Source: Candidatus Latescibacterota bacterium (GTDB lineage Bacteria > Latescibacterota > UBA2968 > UBA8231). Taken from it: a DNA stretch of 64,000 nt. The stretch covers positions 128,001 to 192,000 of the forward strand of contig OZ241889.1 in assembly GCA_965203355.1 (NCBI GenBank), read 5' to 3'. The translations under genes and the position numbers were made by a program. The notes under the pieces were generated by a model that worked only from the letters and a program-made list of their open reading frames with translations, was not told the origin of the DNA and made no database searches. Numbering within the stretch: the first letter of the stretch is position 1; each line of letters opens with the position of its first letter. Below, piece by piece: positions 20,499-29,490 of this stretch.

Positions 20499-20574
20499 TG
20501 GTGGAGCAGATGGGGATCGAACCCACGACCTCCAGATTGCGAACCTGGCGCTCTCCCAACTGAGCTACTGCCCC
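20499..20574 (-). tRNA. tRNA-Ala(CGC)
   Basis: GGGGCAGTAGCTCAGTTGGGAGAGCGCCAGGTT-CGC-AATCTGG...GTTCGATCCCC...CTCCACCA, with G3:U70. Confidence 0.95.
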
Positions 20575-20587
20575 GCCCGGACAATTA

Positions 20588-20678
20588 TGGCGGAGAGAGA
20601 GGGATTCGAACCCTCGGTAGGGGGTTGCCCTACACACGATTTCCAGTCGTGCACCTTCGGCCACTCGGTCATCTCTCC
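20588..20678 (-). tRNA. tRNA-Ser(GGA)
   Basis: GGAGAGATGACCGAGTGG..CACGACT-GGA-AATCGTG, long variable arm, CCA end. Confidence 0.96.
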
Positions 20679-20699
20679 GCAAAAACACTTTGCCTTAAA

Positions 20700-20789
<90 letters not shown>

Positions 20790-20794
20790 CCGAT

Positions 20795-21280
20795 CTACTT
20801 GGCCGCTCGCAGGGCCGCAAAAAACCCCTTGAGCAACTCGGCACATTCTCGCTCTAGCACCCCGCCGCGGACCTGACAGCGATGATTGAGCCGGGGATCC
20901 TCCGCAATGTTGCGCAACGAGCCGCAAGCACCGGATTTAGGATCGGCGGCCCCAAAGACCAGCCATGGCACCCGAGCCAAAACCGCAGCCCCAGCGCACA
21001 TGGCGCAAGGTTCCAAAGTGACGTAGAGCGTCGTCGCCAATAAGCGCCGCGTCCCCAGTGCTGTTGCGGCTTGGCGCAAGGCCAGCATCTCCGCGTGGGC
21101 CGTGGGATCCTGCGTCGCTTCAATGGCGTTGCCCGCCCGGCCCAAAATCCGCCCGGCTCCGACGACGACAGCACCGACGGGGACCTCGCCGCGACGGCCG
21201 GCGCACTCGGCCGCTCGCAGGGCCTCGCGCATCCAATAGCTGTCTTCGGCGAATGAGCTAACTGCTTCCGTAGAATCCAT
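20795..21280 (-). CDS. tadA: tRNA adenosine(34) deaminase
   Basis: EVPVGAV, DPTAHAEM, LYVTLEPCAMCAGA, DPKSGACGS, LNH. Confidence 0.96.
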   Translation of the reverse strand: MDSTEAVSSFAEDSYWMREALRAAECAGRRGEVPVGAVVVGAGRILGRAGNAIEATQDPTAHAEMLALRQAATALGTRRLLATTLYVTLEPCAMCAGAAVLARVPWLVFGAADPKSGACGSLRNIAEDPRLNHRCQVRGGVLERECAELLKGFFAALRAAK

Positions 21281-21361
21281 TTGAGGCCGTTTTAAGAGGC
21301 CTCCGCAAAAGGTTGTAAAATATAACGGCTGCCCAAAACAAGAGCAAGGCTTAGCGGGGCT

Positions 21362-21787
21362 TCAAAAGCGCTTGCGATAATGGTCACGAGGCAACCGAGA
21401 AGAGGCCCGACGCTGCCAGTAACTTTCCGCGTCGGGAGCGATTTTGCGGTCGAGCGGATCGCGGCCCAAAAGGCGCATACCAAGCCCAGTCAGCGTAAAA
21501 AGCGTGTAGAAAACCAGCCCCAAGAGCAGGTGGATATTGACAAAAGCCACCATCCTCGCCAGCCACATGTAGGGAAAGTAGATCGGCTTCAACGCTACGG
21601 GCAGTATCAACCCAGTCCCGAACAACGCGAGCGAGGCCGCGTGTACAAACGGGGCGACGCCGACCGCCTCCACGTACCACAGATAGCCGCCGAGCAAGGC
21701 CAGCAACGCCGCTAGCACGATTCCGAATCGGCGCAAATCGCCGCGTGTGGGCACCGCGACCCCCCAGTAGCTCTTGGCCTCAGTCAA
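21362..21787 (-). CDS. SxtJ-family membrane protein
   Basis: Probable TTG start overlapping the carbamoyltransferase stop. DLRRFG, PxxLKPIY..WM, GMRLLGRDPL..SYW..R..F C-terminus. Confidence 0.75.
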   Translation of the reverse strand: MTEAKSYWGVAVPTRGDLRRFGIVLAALLALLGGYLWYVEAVGVAPFVHAASLALFGTGLILPVALKPIYFPYMWLARMVAFVNIHLLLGLVFYTLFTLTGLGMRLLGRDPLDRKIAPDAESYWQRRASSRLPRDHYRKRF

Positions 21788-23603
21788 GCTCAAACTCCTC
21801 TTGCCAATCCGGTTCTCCTTGCCACTGCGGCTGGTCTTGCTTGTCCAAGACATAAGAACCTATGACCAAAAAATCCATCTCCGTCCGCATGAAGCAGCGA
21901 TAGGCATCCTCGGGGCTTTGGACGATGGGTTCGCCGCGCACGTTGAAGGACGTGTTGACGACCACTGGATATCCGGTCAAGCTCTGAAAAGCGCGAATCA
22001 CATCGTAGTAACGCGGGTGATCTTGCCGGCGCAGCGTCTGCACCCGCGCCGAGTAATCCACATGGGTGACGGCCGGCATATCCGAGCGCGGCACGTGGAG
22101 CTTGTCGATGCCGAACAGCCGCTGCTGGTCCTCGCTCGTGGGAATCTGTCGCTCCGCTTTAACCGGGGCCACTTGCAGCATGTAGGGCGAGTCGGCATCC
22201 AATTCAAAGAACTCGTGGACGCATTCGCGCAGAACCGTCGGGGCGAAGGGGCGGAAGCTCTCGCGAAACTTGATCTTGAGGTTCATCACCGACTGCATCT
22301 GGGTGGAGCGCGGGTCTCCGAGAATCGACCGGGCACCGAGCGCGCGCGGCCCAAACTCCATCCGCCCCTGAAAAAAGCCAACTACCTTGCCCGCAGCCAA
22401 CAGCTCGGCCACGCGCAATGGCAACTCGTCTTCGGCGATCTTTTGCGCCACCCCCGCCTGCTGCTCAAGGCAGTGGTAAATTTCTTCGTCCCCGTACTCA
22501 GGCCCCAACAGCGCCCCCCGCATCGCGTCGTTTTCGCCGTCGGCTACCCGCTCGTGGTTCAAGTGGTGATACCACAGCGCCAGCGCAACGCCCAAGGCCC
22601 CGCCGGCATCGCCCGCGGCCGGCTGGACCCAGATGTTTTCAAAGGGACCCTCGCGCAAGATGCGGCCGTTGCCGACGCAGTTGAGGGCTACGCCACCGGC
22701 CATGCACAAGTTTTTGAGCTTGGTTTCTCGATGCACGGTGCGGGCAATGCGCAGCATGACTTCCTCGGTGACGACCTGACAGGAGCACGCAATATCCATC
22801 TCGCGCTGGGTCAGCGGCGTCTCTGGCCGTCGGGGTGGTCCCCCGAAGAGCTTGTCCATGGCCCGACTGGTCATCGTCAGGCCGGATAGATAGTTGAAAT
22901 ACCGAGTGTTGAGCTTGAAGGAGCCGTCGTCTTTCAGATCAATTATCTCGTTGAGCATTAGATCGACGTATTTCGGCGCGCCATAGGGGGCGAGTCCCAT
23001 CAGCTTGTACTCGCCGGAGTTGACTTTGAAGCCCGTAAAATAGGTAAAAGCCGAATAGAACAAACCCAGCGAGTGGGGAAACTTGAGGTCGGCCAAGGTG
23101 TGAATTTCAGCATCTCGGCCGTAGCCATAGCTGGTAGTGGTCCATTCGCCGACGCCGTCCAAGGTCGCGATCGCCGCTTCTCGATACGGCGACGGATAGA
23201 AGGCCGACGCGGCGTGCGACTCGTGGTGATCGCCAAACAGCACGGGAACTTCGCAGCCGAGTTGCTCTTGGATTAACTGCGGGATCCACAGCTTCTTTTC
23301 CAGCCATACCTTCATGCTCTTCCAGTAGAGGCGCAGACCCAACGGCGCCGTGCCGAGATGGGTCTCTAGCAGGCGTTCAAAGGTCAGCAGGGGCTTGTCG
23401 TAAAACCCCACGCAGTGCAGGTCTTTGGCCTCAATACCGCCTTCCCGCAGACAATATTCGACTGCGCGCGCGGGAAAATCTGGATCGTGTTTAACGCGCG
23501 TGAATCGCTCCTCCTGCGCGGCGGCGACGATCGCTCCATCGCGCACCAAACAGGCCGCGCTATCGTGATAGAACGCGGAAATACCGAGGATGTAAGTGGC
23601 CAT
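21780..23603 (-). CDS. NodU/CmcH-family O-carbamoyltransferase
   Basis: ILGISAFYHDSAA, AAQEERFTRVKH, HHESHAASAF, TLDGVGE, GGVALNCVGNG, GRMEFGPRALG, KFRESFRPFAP, NTSFNVRGEP. Confidence 0.95.
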   Translation of the reverse strand: MATYILGISAFYHDSAACLVRDGAIVAAAQEERFTRVKHDPDFPARAVEYCLREGGIEAKDLHCVGFYDKPLLTFERLLETHLGTAPLGLRLYWKSMKVWLEKKLWIPQLIQEQLGCEVPVLFGDHHESHAASAFYPSPYREAAIATLDGVGEWTTTSYGYGRDAEIHTLADLKFPHSLGLFYSAFTYFTGFKVNSGEYKLMGLAPYGAPKYVDLMLNEIIDLKDDGSFKLNTRYFNYLSGLTMTSRAMDKLFGGPPRRPETPLTQREMDIACSCQVVTEEVMLRIARTVHRETKLKNLCMAGGVALNCVGNGRILREGPFENIWVQPAAGDAGGALGVALALWYHHLNHERVADGENDAMRGALLGPEYGDEEIYHCLEQQAGVAQKIAEDELPLRVAELLAAGKVVGFFQGRMEFGPRALGARSILGDPRSTQMQSVMNLKIKFRESFRPFAPTVLRECVHEFFELDADSPYMLQVAPVKAERQIPTSEDQQRLFGIDKLHVPRSDMPAVTHVDYSARVQTLRRQDHPRYYDVIRAFQSLTGYPVVVNTSFNVRGEPIVQSPEDAYRCFMRTEMDFLVIGSYVLDKQDQPQWQGEPDWQEEFELD

Positions 23604-23610
23604 AAGGAGC

Positions 23611-23639
23611 TTGACAAAATGGGGTATGGCAGCGATAAT
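23611..23639 (+). promoter_or_regulatory. Sigma70-type promoter of lysA
   Basis: TTGACA-N17-GATAAT, 56 nt upstream of the lysA ATG. Confidence 0.65.
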
Positions 23640-23695
23640 AGAGGGTTTTCATAACCTATGGATTCTATTGAAAAATATCAAGTTAGGGTCATTTA

Positions 23696-24967
23696 ATGGA
23701 ACGGCTTTCAATCCTGTCTGAAGACCAAGTTCGCACCGTCCAGCGCCAATTTGGCACCCCCACTTTTGTCTATAGTCAAAAGGTGTTGAAATCCCAAGCC
23801 CAAAAGGCACTGGCCTTCCCCAATGCACACGGCCTGACGGTGCGCTACGCCTTGAAAGCCTGTCCGACCGCCGGCGTGGTCCGCATTCTAAACCGAGCCG
23901 GCCTGCACATCGACGCGAGCAGTGGCTACGAAGCATTGCGGGCCATGCGCGCTGGCGTCCCCGCGGCCCAAATTCAACTCACGGCCCAGCAATTACCCGA
24001 TAATTTAGCAGACCTAGTGCGCCAAGGGATCCTCTTCAACGCCTGTTCCCTGCATCAACTCGCAGCCTACGGGCGGCTCTTTCCGGGCCGCGAAGTCTCC
24101 GTGCGAGTCAACCCAGGTCTGGGCTCGGGACACAGCAACCGCACCAATACCGGCGGCCCTTCGTCGAGCTTCGGCATCTGGCACGAACACCTCGACCAAG
24201 TGCTCGCAACGGTTGCCGAGCACAACCTGCAACTCACTAGTTTGCACAGCCATATCGGCTCGGGCAGCGATCCAGCAGTCTGGCAGCACTGCGCCCGGCT
24301 GACACTCGGCGTGGCCGCCAAGCTGCCTGAGGTCCGGCGCGTGAGCATGGGCGGCGGTTTCAAAATTGGGCGCATGGCCGACGAAGCATCGACCGACTTG
24401 CACAAGGCCGGCCAACCTGTCGCCGATGAATTTAACCGCTTCGCCCGCACGCACGGCCGCAAACTGCATCTAGAAATCGAACCGGGAACCTTCTTAGTGG
24501 GCAACGCCGGCGCCATCGTTTGCAGCGTCATCGACGTAGTCGATACCGGTCGGCAGGGCTATTCCTTCATCAAGGTCGATAGCGGCATGACCGAAGTACT
24601 GCGTCCCAGTATGTACGGAGCGCAACACCCCATCGTCGTAGTTCCGGCGACCCTAGCGGAACGCGGCCAAGGCGATTATCTAATCGCCGGCCACTGCTGT
24701 GAAAGCGGGGATAGTCTCACGCCAGCCCCCGGCAATCCCGAAGAATTGGAACCTCGCGCACTCACCGAGCCGCGCGTCGGCGACGCCGTCTTTATCGGCG
24801 GCAGTGGAGCCTATTGCGCTGGCATGGCCGCCAAAAACTACAATTCCTTCCCGGAAGCCTGCGAAGTATTGCTCGGCACCGATGGCGAGTTTCATCTGCT
24901 GCGTCAGCGACAGACCCTCAAGCAGATCGTAGCCAACGAGTCCCTACCCCCTTTCCTCGGCACCTAA
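23696..24967 (+). CDS. lysA: Diaminopimelate decarboxylase
   Basis: GTPTFVY, YALKA (PLP lysine), HSHIGS, MGGGF, EPG, GHCCESGD, GAY..M...YNSFP. Confidence 0.88.
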   Translation: MERLSILSEDQVRTVQRQFGTPTFVYSQKVLKSQAQKALAFPNAHGLTVRYALKACPTAGVVRILNRAGLHIDASSGYEALRAMRAGVPAAQIQLTAQQLPDNLADLVRQGILFNACSLHQLAAYGRLFPGREVSVRVNPGLGSGHSNRTNTGGPSSSFGIWHEHLDQVLATVAEHNLQLTSLHSHIGSGSDPAVWQHCARLTLGVAAKLPEVRRVSMGGGFKIGRMADEASTDLHKAGQPVADEFNRFARTHGRKLHLEIEPGTFLVGNAGAIVCSVIDVVDTGRQGYSFIKVDSGMTEVLRPSMYGAQHPIVVVPATLAERGQGDYLIAGHCCESGDSLTPAPGNPEELEPRALTEPRVGDAVFIGGSGAYCAGMAAKNYNSFPEACEVLLGTDGEFHLLRQRQTLKQIVANESLPPFLGT

Positions 24968-25975
24968 GCCGCGCAACTTCGGGTCCAGCGCGTCGCGCAG
25001 CCCGTCGCCTAGCAGGTTGTACAGGGTCACGGTCGCAAAAATGGCCACGCCCGGCACGACCACCAGCCACCACGCCGCTGCGTTACTGCGCGCCCCGGCC
25101 AGCAGGGCACCCCAAGTGATCACTTCGGCTGGCACCCCCACCCCCAAAAAGCTCAGCCCCGACTCGGAGAGTATGGCTCCCGCCACTCCGAAAGCCGCCG
25201 GGATCAAGATAGGGCCGATGGCGTTGGGCAAGATGTGGCGGAACATGATCCGCCCATTTGAGCAGCCAAGGCTGCGCGCGGCGACCACGTAATCGTAGCT
25301 GCGCACCTGCAAAAACTGCGAGCGCGTCAAGCGGGCGATACCGACCCAGCTCGTAAGACCGATAATGATCATGACAAAGAACAGACTCGGCGGGAAAAAC
25401 GCCGCGACCGTCAATATCAAGAAGAAGCTAGGGATCGCGGCCCACAGTTCAAAAAGACGCGAGAGCACCAAGTCGATCCAGCCTCCGAAGTAACCGGCCA
25501 ACGCTCCTAAGACCAAACCGATGGACAGCGATATGCCCACGGCCACTAGGCCGATGGTCAAGGCGTAGCGCGTACCGTGAATCAGTCCCGAGAGCACGTC
25601 CCGGCCCAGGCGGTCCGTACCCAGCCAGTGATCGGCCCCCGGGGGCTGGTACTTCTCCCGCAAGCGGACTTCGCTTGGAGCATAAGGTATCGGGGGGAAA
25701 ATGGCTTCCTCTAGCTTGAGCTTTTTGAAGTTGCGGCGGCGCTTCAATTCTGCCGGCCAGTCCACGATCCCTAAATAGACTGCGTATTGGCGAAAAGCCG
25801 GAAAGTAGGTCTCGCCCTTGTATTTCATGTAGTACGGCTTGTCGCCAGCCAGCAAGTCGGCACTTACGGCCACAATTCCCAGCAAGGCAATGCCCAAGAG
25901 ACTGAGCAGAGCGGGTCTGTTTTTTTTGAGTTGCTTCCAGACGACCTGCCCGTAGGACTGCCCTTGCACACTCAT
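24944..25975 (-). CDS. Oligopeptide ABC transporter permease, OppC-like
   Basis: HWLGTDRLGRDVLS, EAA loop DYVVAARSLG, RHILPNA, YNLLGDGLRDALDP. Confidence 0.93.
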   Translation of the reverse strand: MSVQGQSYGQVVWKQLKKNRPALLSLLGIALLGIVAVSADLLAGDKPYYMKYKGETYFPAFRQYAVYLGIVDWPAELKRRRNFKKLKLEEAIFPPIPYAPSEVRLREKYQPPGADHWLGTDRLGRDVLSGLIHGTRYALTIGLVAVGISLSIGLVLGALAGYFGGWIDLVLSRLFELWAAIPSFFLILTVAAFFPPSLFFVMIIIGLTSWVGIARLTRSQFLQVRSYDYVVAARSLGCSNGRIMFRHILPNAIGPILIPAAFGVAGAILSESGLSFLGVGVPAEVITWGALLAGARSNAAAWWLVVVPGVAIFATVTLYNLLGDGLRDALDPKLRGLGAEERG

Positions 25976-27271
25976 CTACACGCTCGCAAAGTCGATGCGC
26001 GGATCCACGACCTTGAGCAGAATATCCGCCGCCAAGATCCCCGCCAGCGCTAGGGCCGAACCGATGGTTAAGAGTGCCATCGCCACCGGGTAATCCCGCA
26101 CGATAACCGACTGGAAGGCCAAAAAGCCCATGCCTGGAATGGTGAAGATCGTCTCGATAAACACCGAACCCGCGATCATGCCCGGCAACAACCCCGCCAG
26201 CAGGGTTACAATGGGAATCAGGGAATTGCGCAGCACGTGGCGCAGCACTACAACCCGATAGCGCAAGCCCTTGGCTTGGGCGGTGCGCACGTAGTCCAGC
26301 CGCAGATTTTCCAGCATACTGGTGCGCATGTAGCGCGAGATGCCAGCGAAACTAGCGTAGGTCGAAGCCAAGATCGGCAACACCATGTGGTGGGCGTGGT
26401 CGGTCAGCAGCCGCCAGAACCCCCAGTCTTTCCCGGCGGCCAAGGACTGGATCCCAGAGGCCGGAAACCAGTGAAAAAATTCCTTGTTGCAGAAAAATAA
26501 GATCAACAGCATCCCGACCCAGAACGAAGGCATCGACCACAGCATGAAGGTCCCGGTGGTAACCAAGCGATCGATAATAGTATTTTGTTTGACCGCGATC
26601 ACTATACCGAGCGGCACGCCGACTAGATAGGCAAAAAACAAGCTAATGAGGTTGATTTCCAGCGTGATGGGTAGCCGGTCGAGGATGTGGTCGATGACCG
26701 GTTGTTGGTCTTTGAAGGAGCGTCCCAAGTTCAGCGTCACCAAGCGCCAGTCTCCGGCCTGCACCAGTTCCAAACCAGACCCAGCATACGCGTAGTTTTT
26801 AGCTGGCGAGAAAACGCGGCTCTGCCAGAAAGGCGACTCGACTAGCTCGGTGACGCGCTCGGGGCGCAGGTCGCGAAAATGCTCTAAGAACCGCTCCTTG
26901 CGCGCCTCGCCCTCAAGCGAGACCAACTCGGCCCGCTCCCGCGCTGGCAGTTCGTCGAGCACGGAGTCGGCCAACAAGGCGCCGCGGTCGAATGCGCCCA
27001 CGTCCTCCACGCGCAAGACCAAACTGGAAAGCCAGTGCAAATACTGGATGTGCAGCGGTTGGTCCAGCCCGAGCTGGCGGCGCAAATCCCGGCGCGTCTT
27101 CTCCAAGTCCGCTTGGTGGTCGGTGGCGATCCCCTCACCACCAGCGGCCCCGCCCAAAAACAGATCGACCGGGTCGCCGGGTGCCAAACGCATAATCAGG
27201 AAGGTCAGCAGGGTGATGCCGAGGAGGGTTGGGATGGCCAGCAGAATGCGCTGAATAGTGTACTGCAGCAT
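25976..27271 (-). CDS. Oligopeptide ABC transporter permease, OppB-like
   Basis: LAPGDPV, LGLDQPLHIQY, DYVRTAQAKGL, HVLRNSLIP, RDYP, DPRI. Enlarged first periplasmic loop. Confidence 0.93.
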   Translation of the reverse strand: MLQYTIQRILLAIPTLLGITLLTFLIMRLAPGDPVDLFLGGAAGGEGIATDHQADLEKTRRDLRRQLGLDQPLHIQYLHWLSSLVLRVEDVGAFDRGALLADSVLDELPARERAELVSLEGEARKERFLEHFRDLRPERVTELVESPFWQSRVFSPAKNYAYAGSGLELVQAGDWRLVTLNLGRSFKDQQPVIDHILDRLPITLEINLISLFFAYLVGVPLGIVIAVKQNTIIDRLVTTGTFMLWSMPSFWVGMLLILFFCNKEFFHWFPASGIQSLAAGKDWGFWRLLTDHAHHMVLPILASTYASFAGISRYMRTSMLENLRLDYVRTAQAKGLRYRVVVLRHVLRNSLIPIVTLLAGLLPGMIAGSVFIETIFTIPGMGFLAFQSVIVRDYPVAMALLTIGSALALAGILAADILLKVVDPRIDFASV

Positions 27272-27289
27272 GGCGAAAACGCGGACTCT

Positions 27290-28369
27290 TCACTCCTCTA
27301 GTTCCTCGGCTACTCGCAAACGCCGACTCGCGCGATCGGCGTCCATGATCACGTCGGCTGGCTCCACCCCCTCTAGTTCCTCGGCTCTCGCAAACGCCGA
27401 CTCGCTCTTCTCAATCAGTTCTTTATGGGCGTAAACCGTCCCCAAGTGCATCCATACCAACGCATTATCTGGCATTTGTTTGGAGAGCCGCTCCAAGATC
27501 GGCAACGCGCCATCCATGTCGTCTGTCGCCAAGTGGACCATGGCGAGGTTGTAGAGCGCGTCCCCATCGTCGGGTTCGAGTTGTAGCACCTGCTCATAGG
27601 CCCGCTTAGCCGCCGTGTATTTTTCCTGCTGCCAGTAGAGATTGCCCAAGTTGAAATGGGGCCTGAAGTCACCGGGGTTTAGCTCAATGACCTTGCGATA
27701 ATTGGCCTCGGCTCCCTCGTAGTCCCCAGCTTGGACTTGGGCCATGGCGAGGTGGGTCAGGCCGTTGAGGTGGGCGGGATCGATCTTGATCACCTGCGAC
27801 AAGGCTCGGATGGCTTCATCGAGTTGGTCGTTTTCCAAGTAGAGCGATCCTAGGCTGAAAAAGGTGCTCTCGTCTTGTGAATCCGCCGACGCGATCTTCT
27901 GGTAGGTGGCAATGGCTGCATCCGTGCTGTCGATCTGGTAATATACGTACGCGAGGTTGCGCCAAGCGTCGAGCGCACTTTCGTCGATGAGGGTAGCGTT
28001 GTGAAACGAGTGCCGCGCCATCGCGTAATTCGGGGCCTCGCCTTGAGCGTGAACGACGCCGGCATTGTACTCTCGCGCCCAAAAACGACGGCGCGTTTGT
28101 TCAACCTCGCTCTGAAGTCCGGGTGTGCGCTCGGCCTGCGCTAGATGATCGGCCATTTCGCCGTAGCGGCCCTCGTCCCCTAAGAGCTGGCCCATGAGCA
28201 AATGAGCCTCGCTGTTTTCTGGCTCACTCTGAAGAACTAGAGCGAGTTGCTCTTTCGCCTTTTGGGGCTGCCCCTGCTTGATGTAGAGCTTGGCCGCGGT
28301 CAGGGTCGAACTCTGGCATCCCAATCCAGCGACGGCGACGAACACCGCCAACAGGTACGCGGACTTCAT
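27290..28369 (-). CDS. TPR-repeat lipoprotein
   Basis: Start at MKSAY (28369), lipobox LGC, multiple TPR motifs (AWRNLAYVYY, HFNLGNLYW, ALYNLAMVHL). Confidence 0.85.
   Translation of the reverse strand: MKSAYLLAVFVAVAGLGCQSSTLTAAKLYIKQGQPQKAKEQLALVLQSEPENSEAHLLMGQLLGDEGRYGEMADHLAQAERTPGLQSEVEQTRRRFWAREYNAGVVHAQGEAPNYAMARHSFHNATLIDESALDAWRNLAYVYYQIDSTDAAIATYQKIASADSQDESTFFSLGSLYLENDQLDEAIRALSQVIKIDPAHLNGLTHLAMAQVQAGDYEGAEANYRKVIELNPGDFRPHFNLGNLYWQQEKYTAAKRAYEQVLQLEPDDGDALYNLAMVHLATDDMDGALPILERLSKQMPDNALVWMHLGTVYAHKELIEKSESAFARAEELEGVEPADVIMDADRASRRLRVAEELEE
27295..27405. repeat. 36/37-bp direct repeat at the 3' end of the TPR gene
   Basis: CCTCTAGTTCCTCGGCT(A)CTCGCAAACGCCGACTCGC at 27295-27331 and 27370-27405, identical except for one indel. 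Confidence 0.9.
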
Positions 28370-28428
28370 GGGCAATCTCCTATAAAAATGGCAAGGCACA
28401 CGTTCTATATGCTGCGCCGCGGTTGAAC

Positions 28429-29451
28429 TTAGAACCCGAACTGAAAGGTAAAGGTATTGAGCGCGTCGAAATACTCCACCGTAGTGTAGGCGTAATCAAC
28501 GCGCAAATCTTTGATCGTCCCGGCATCCAGATTCAGACCAAAGCCGAAGCTAGTGCCGTATAGGTAGTCGTCAGCCGAGTTGGGCGCGTAGTCGAAGCCT
28601 GCGCGCAGAGCGAAGAGTTTGCTCAACACATATTCAGCACCCAACCGGTACTGGTCGTAGGCGAAGTTGTTGTGCCGGAAGACCGAGGACAGATTGAGCG
28701 CATCCATATAGGAATAGCTCAGGCCGAGTTCAAACGTTGAAGGCAGGTCGGCAGAGCTAGCCTGCACATTGTAATCCGAGGGTCCGCGGCGCAACCCGTC
28801 AAGCTGGCCGCGGCGCAACAGACCAGAGCCGCCAAACTGCATCCGCGTGCCGATGTGCTTGAGTGCCACCCCCAAGTCCAAGCCGGCAATCCCGCCCAGA
28901 TTGGCGTATTGCAGACCGGCGCTAAACGAGACCGCGGTGGCCTCGACGCGCTGGACGCGGTTGGCGATGTAATGGCTGGTAAACCCGACCGAGATGCGAT
29001 CGGTCAGTTCCCTCGCAAAGGTCAGGCCCAGCGTGAAGAAGGTCGGCGAAAAGGTCGCGCCCGTGCCGTCTGGATTGGCCTCGGTCGTCACCGGGATTTG
29101 GCCGAAATCCAGCGCCTTGATGTTGAGAGCCAGCGCACCGAGACCCTCAAAGTTGGCACCAGTAGCCAGATAGTTGATGCGAGTATCCGCCAGATAGGAC
29201 ATCGTCGAGAACATGATGCCCGCGTTGGATTCGGACTTGGACAAACCTGCCGGGTTCCAGTGCAGCGCCTCCAAACCGGAACTGGTGGCGATCGAGGCAC
29301 CCCCCAAAGCCATGTCGCGCGCACCAACCGGAATCAGCAATTCCGGGGCCGCGGCCGTACCGGCGCGATCATAGCCATCGGCAAAGGCGTAAGCCGAGGC
29401 GAAAACTAGCCCCAGCAGGATCGTCGAGATGCGAAAGCTGTGTCTAAGCAT
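28429..29451 (-). CDS. PorV/PorQ-like (UPF0164) outer-membrane barrel
   Basis: Start at MLRHS. RAGTAAAPELLIPVGARDMALGGA..ALHWNPAGL, GAEY..FALRAG, VDYAY, C-terminal Phe. Confidence 0.85.
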   Translation of the reverse strand: MLRHSFRISTILLGLVFASAYAFADGYDRAGTAAAPELLIPVGARDMALGGASIATSSGLEALHWNPAGLSKSESNAGIMFSTMSYLADTRINYLATGANFEGLGALALNIKALDFGQIPVTTEANPDGTGATFSPTFFTLGLTFARELTDRISVGFTSHYIANRVQRVEATAVSFSAGLQYANLGGIAGLDLGVALKHIGTRMQFGGSGLLRRGQLDGLRRGPSDYNVQASSADLPSTFELGLSYSYMDALNLSSVFRHNNFAYDQYRLGAEYVLSKLFALRAGFDYAPNSADDYLYGTSFGFGLNLDAGTIKDLRVDYAYTTVEYFDALNTFTFQFGF

Positions 29452-29490
29452 GGAATGGCCTCCTATTTCTCCCTTTGATATCCGGTGCAT

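Noticed and set aside
21362-23603. Saxitoxin gene cluster
   Set aside because: No sxtA, sxtG or other pathway genes. The I/J-like pair is widespread.
24944-24967. Convergent 24-nt overlap of lysA and oppC as a regulatory device
   Set aside because: Short tail-to-tail overlaps are common in compact genomes and nothing else supports a function.
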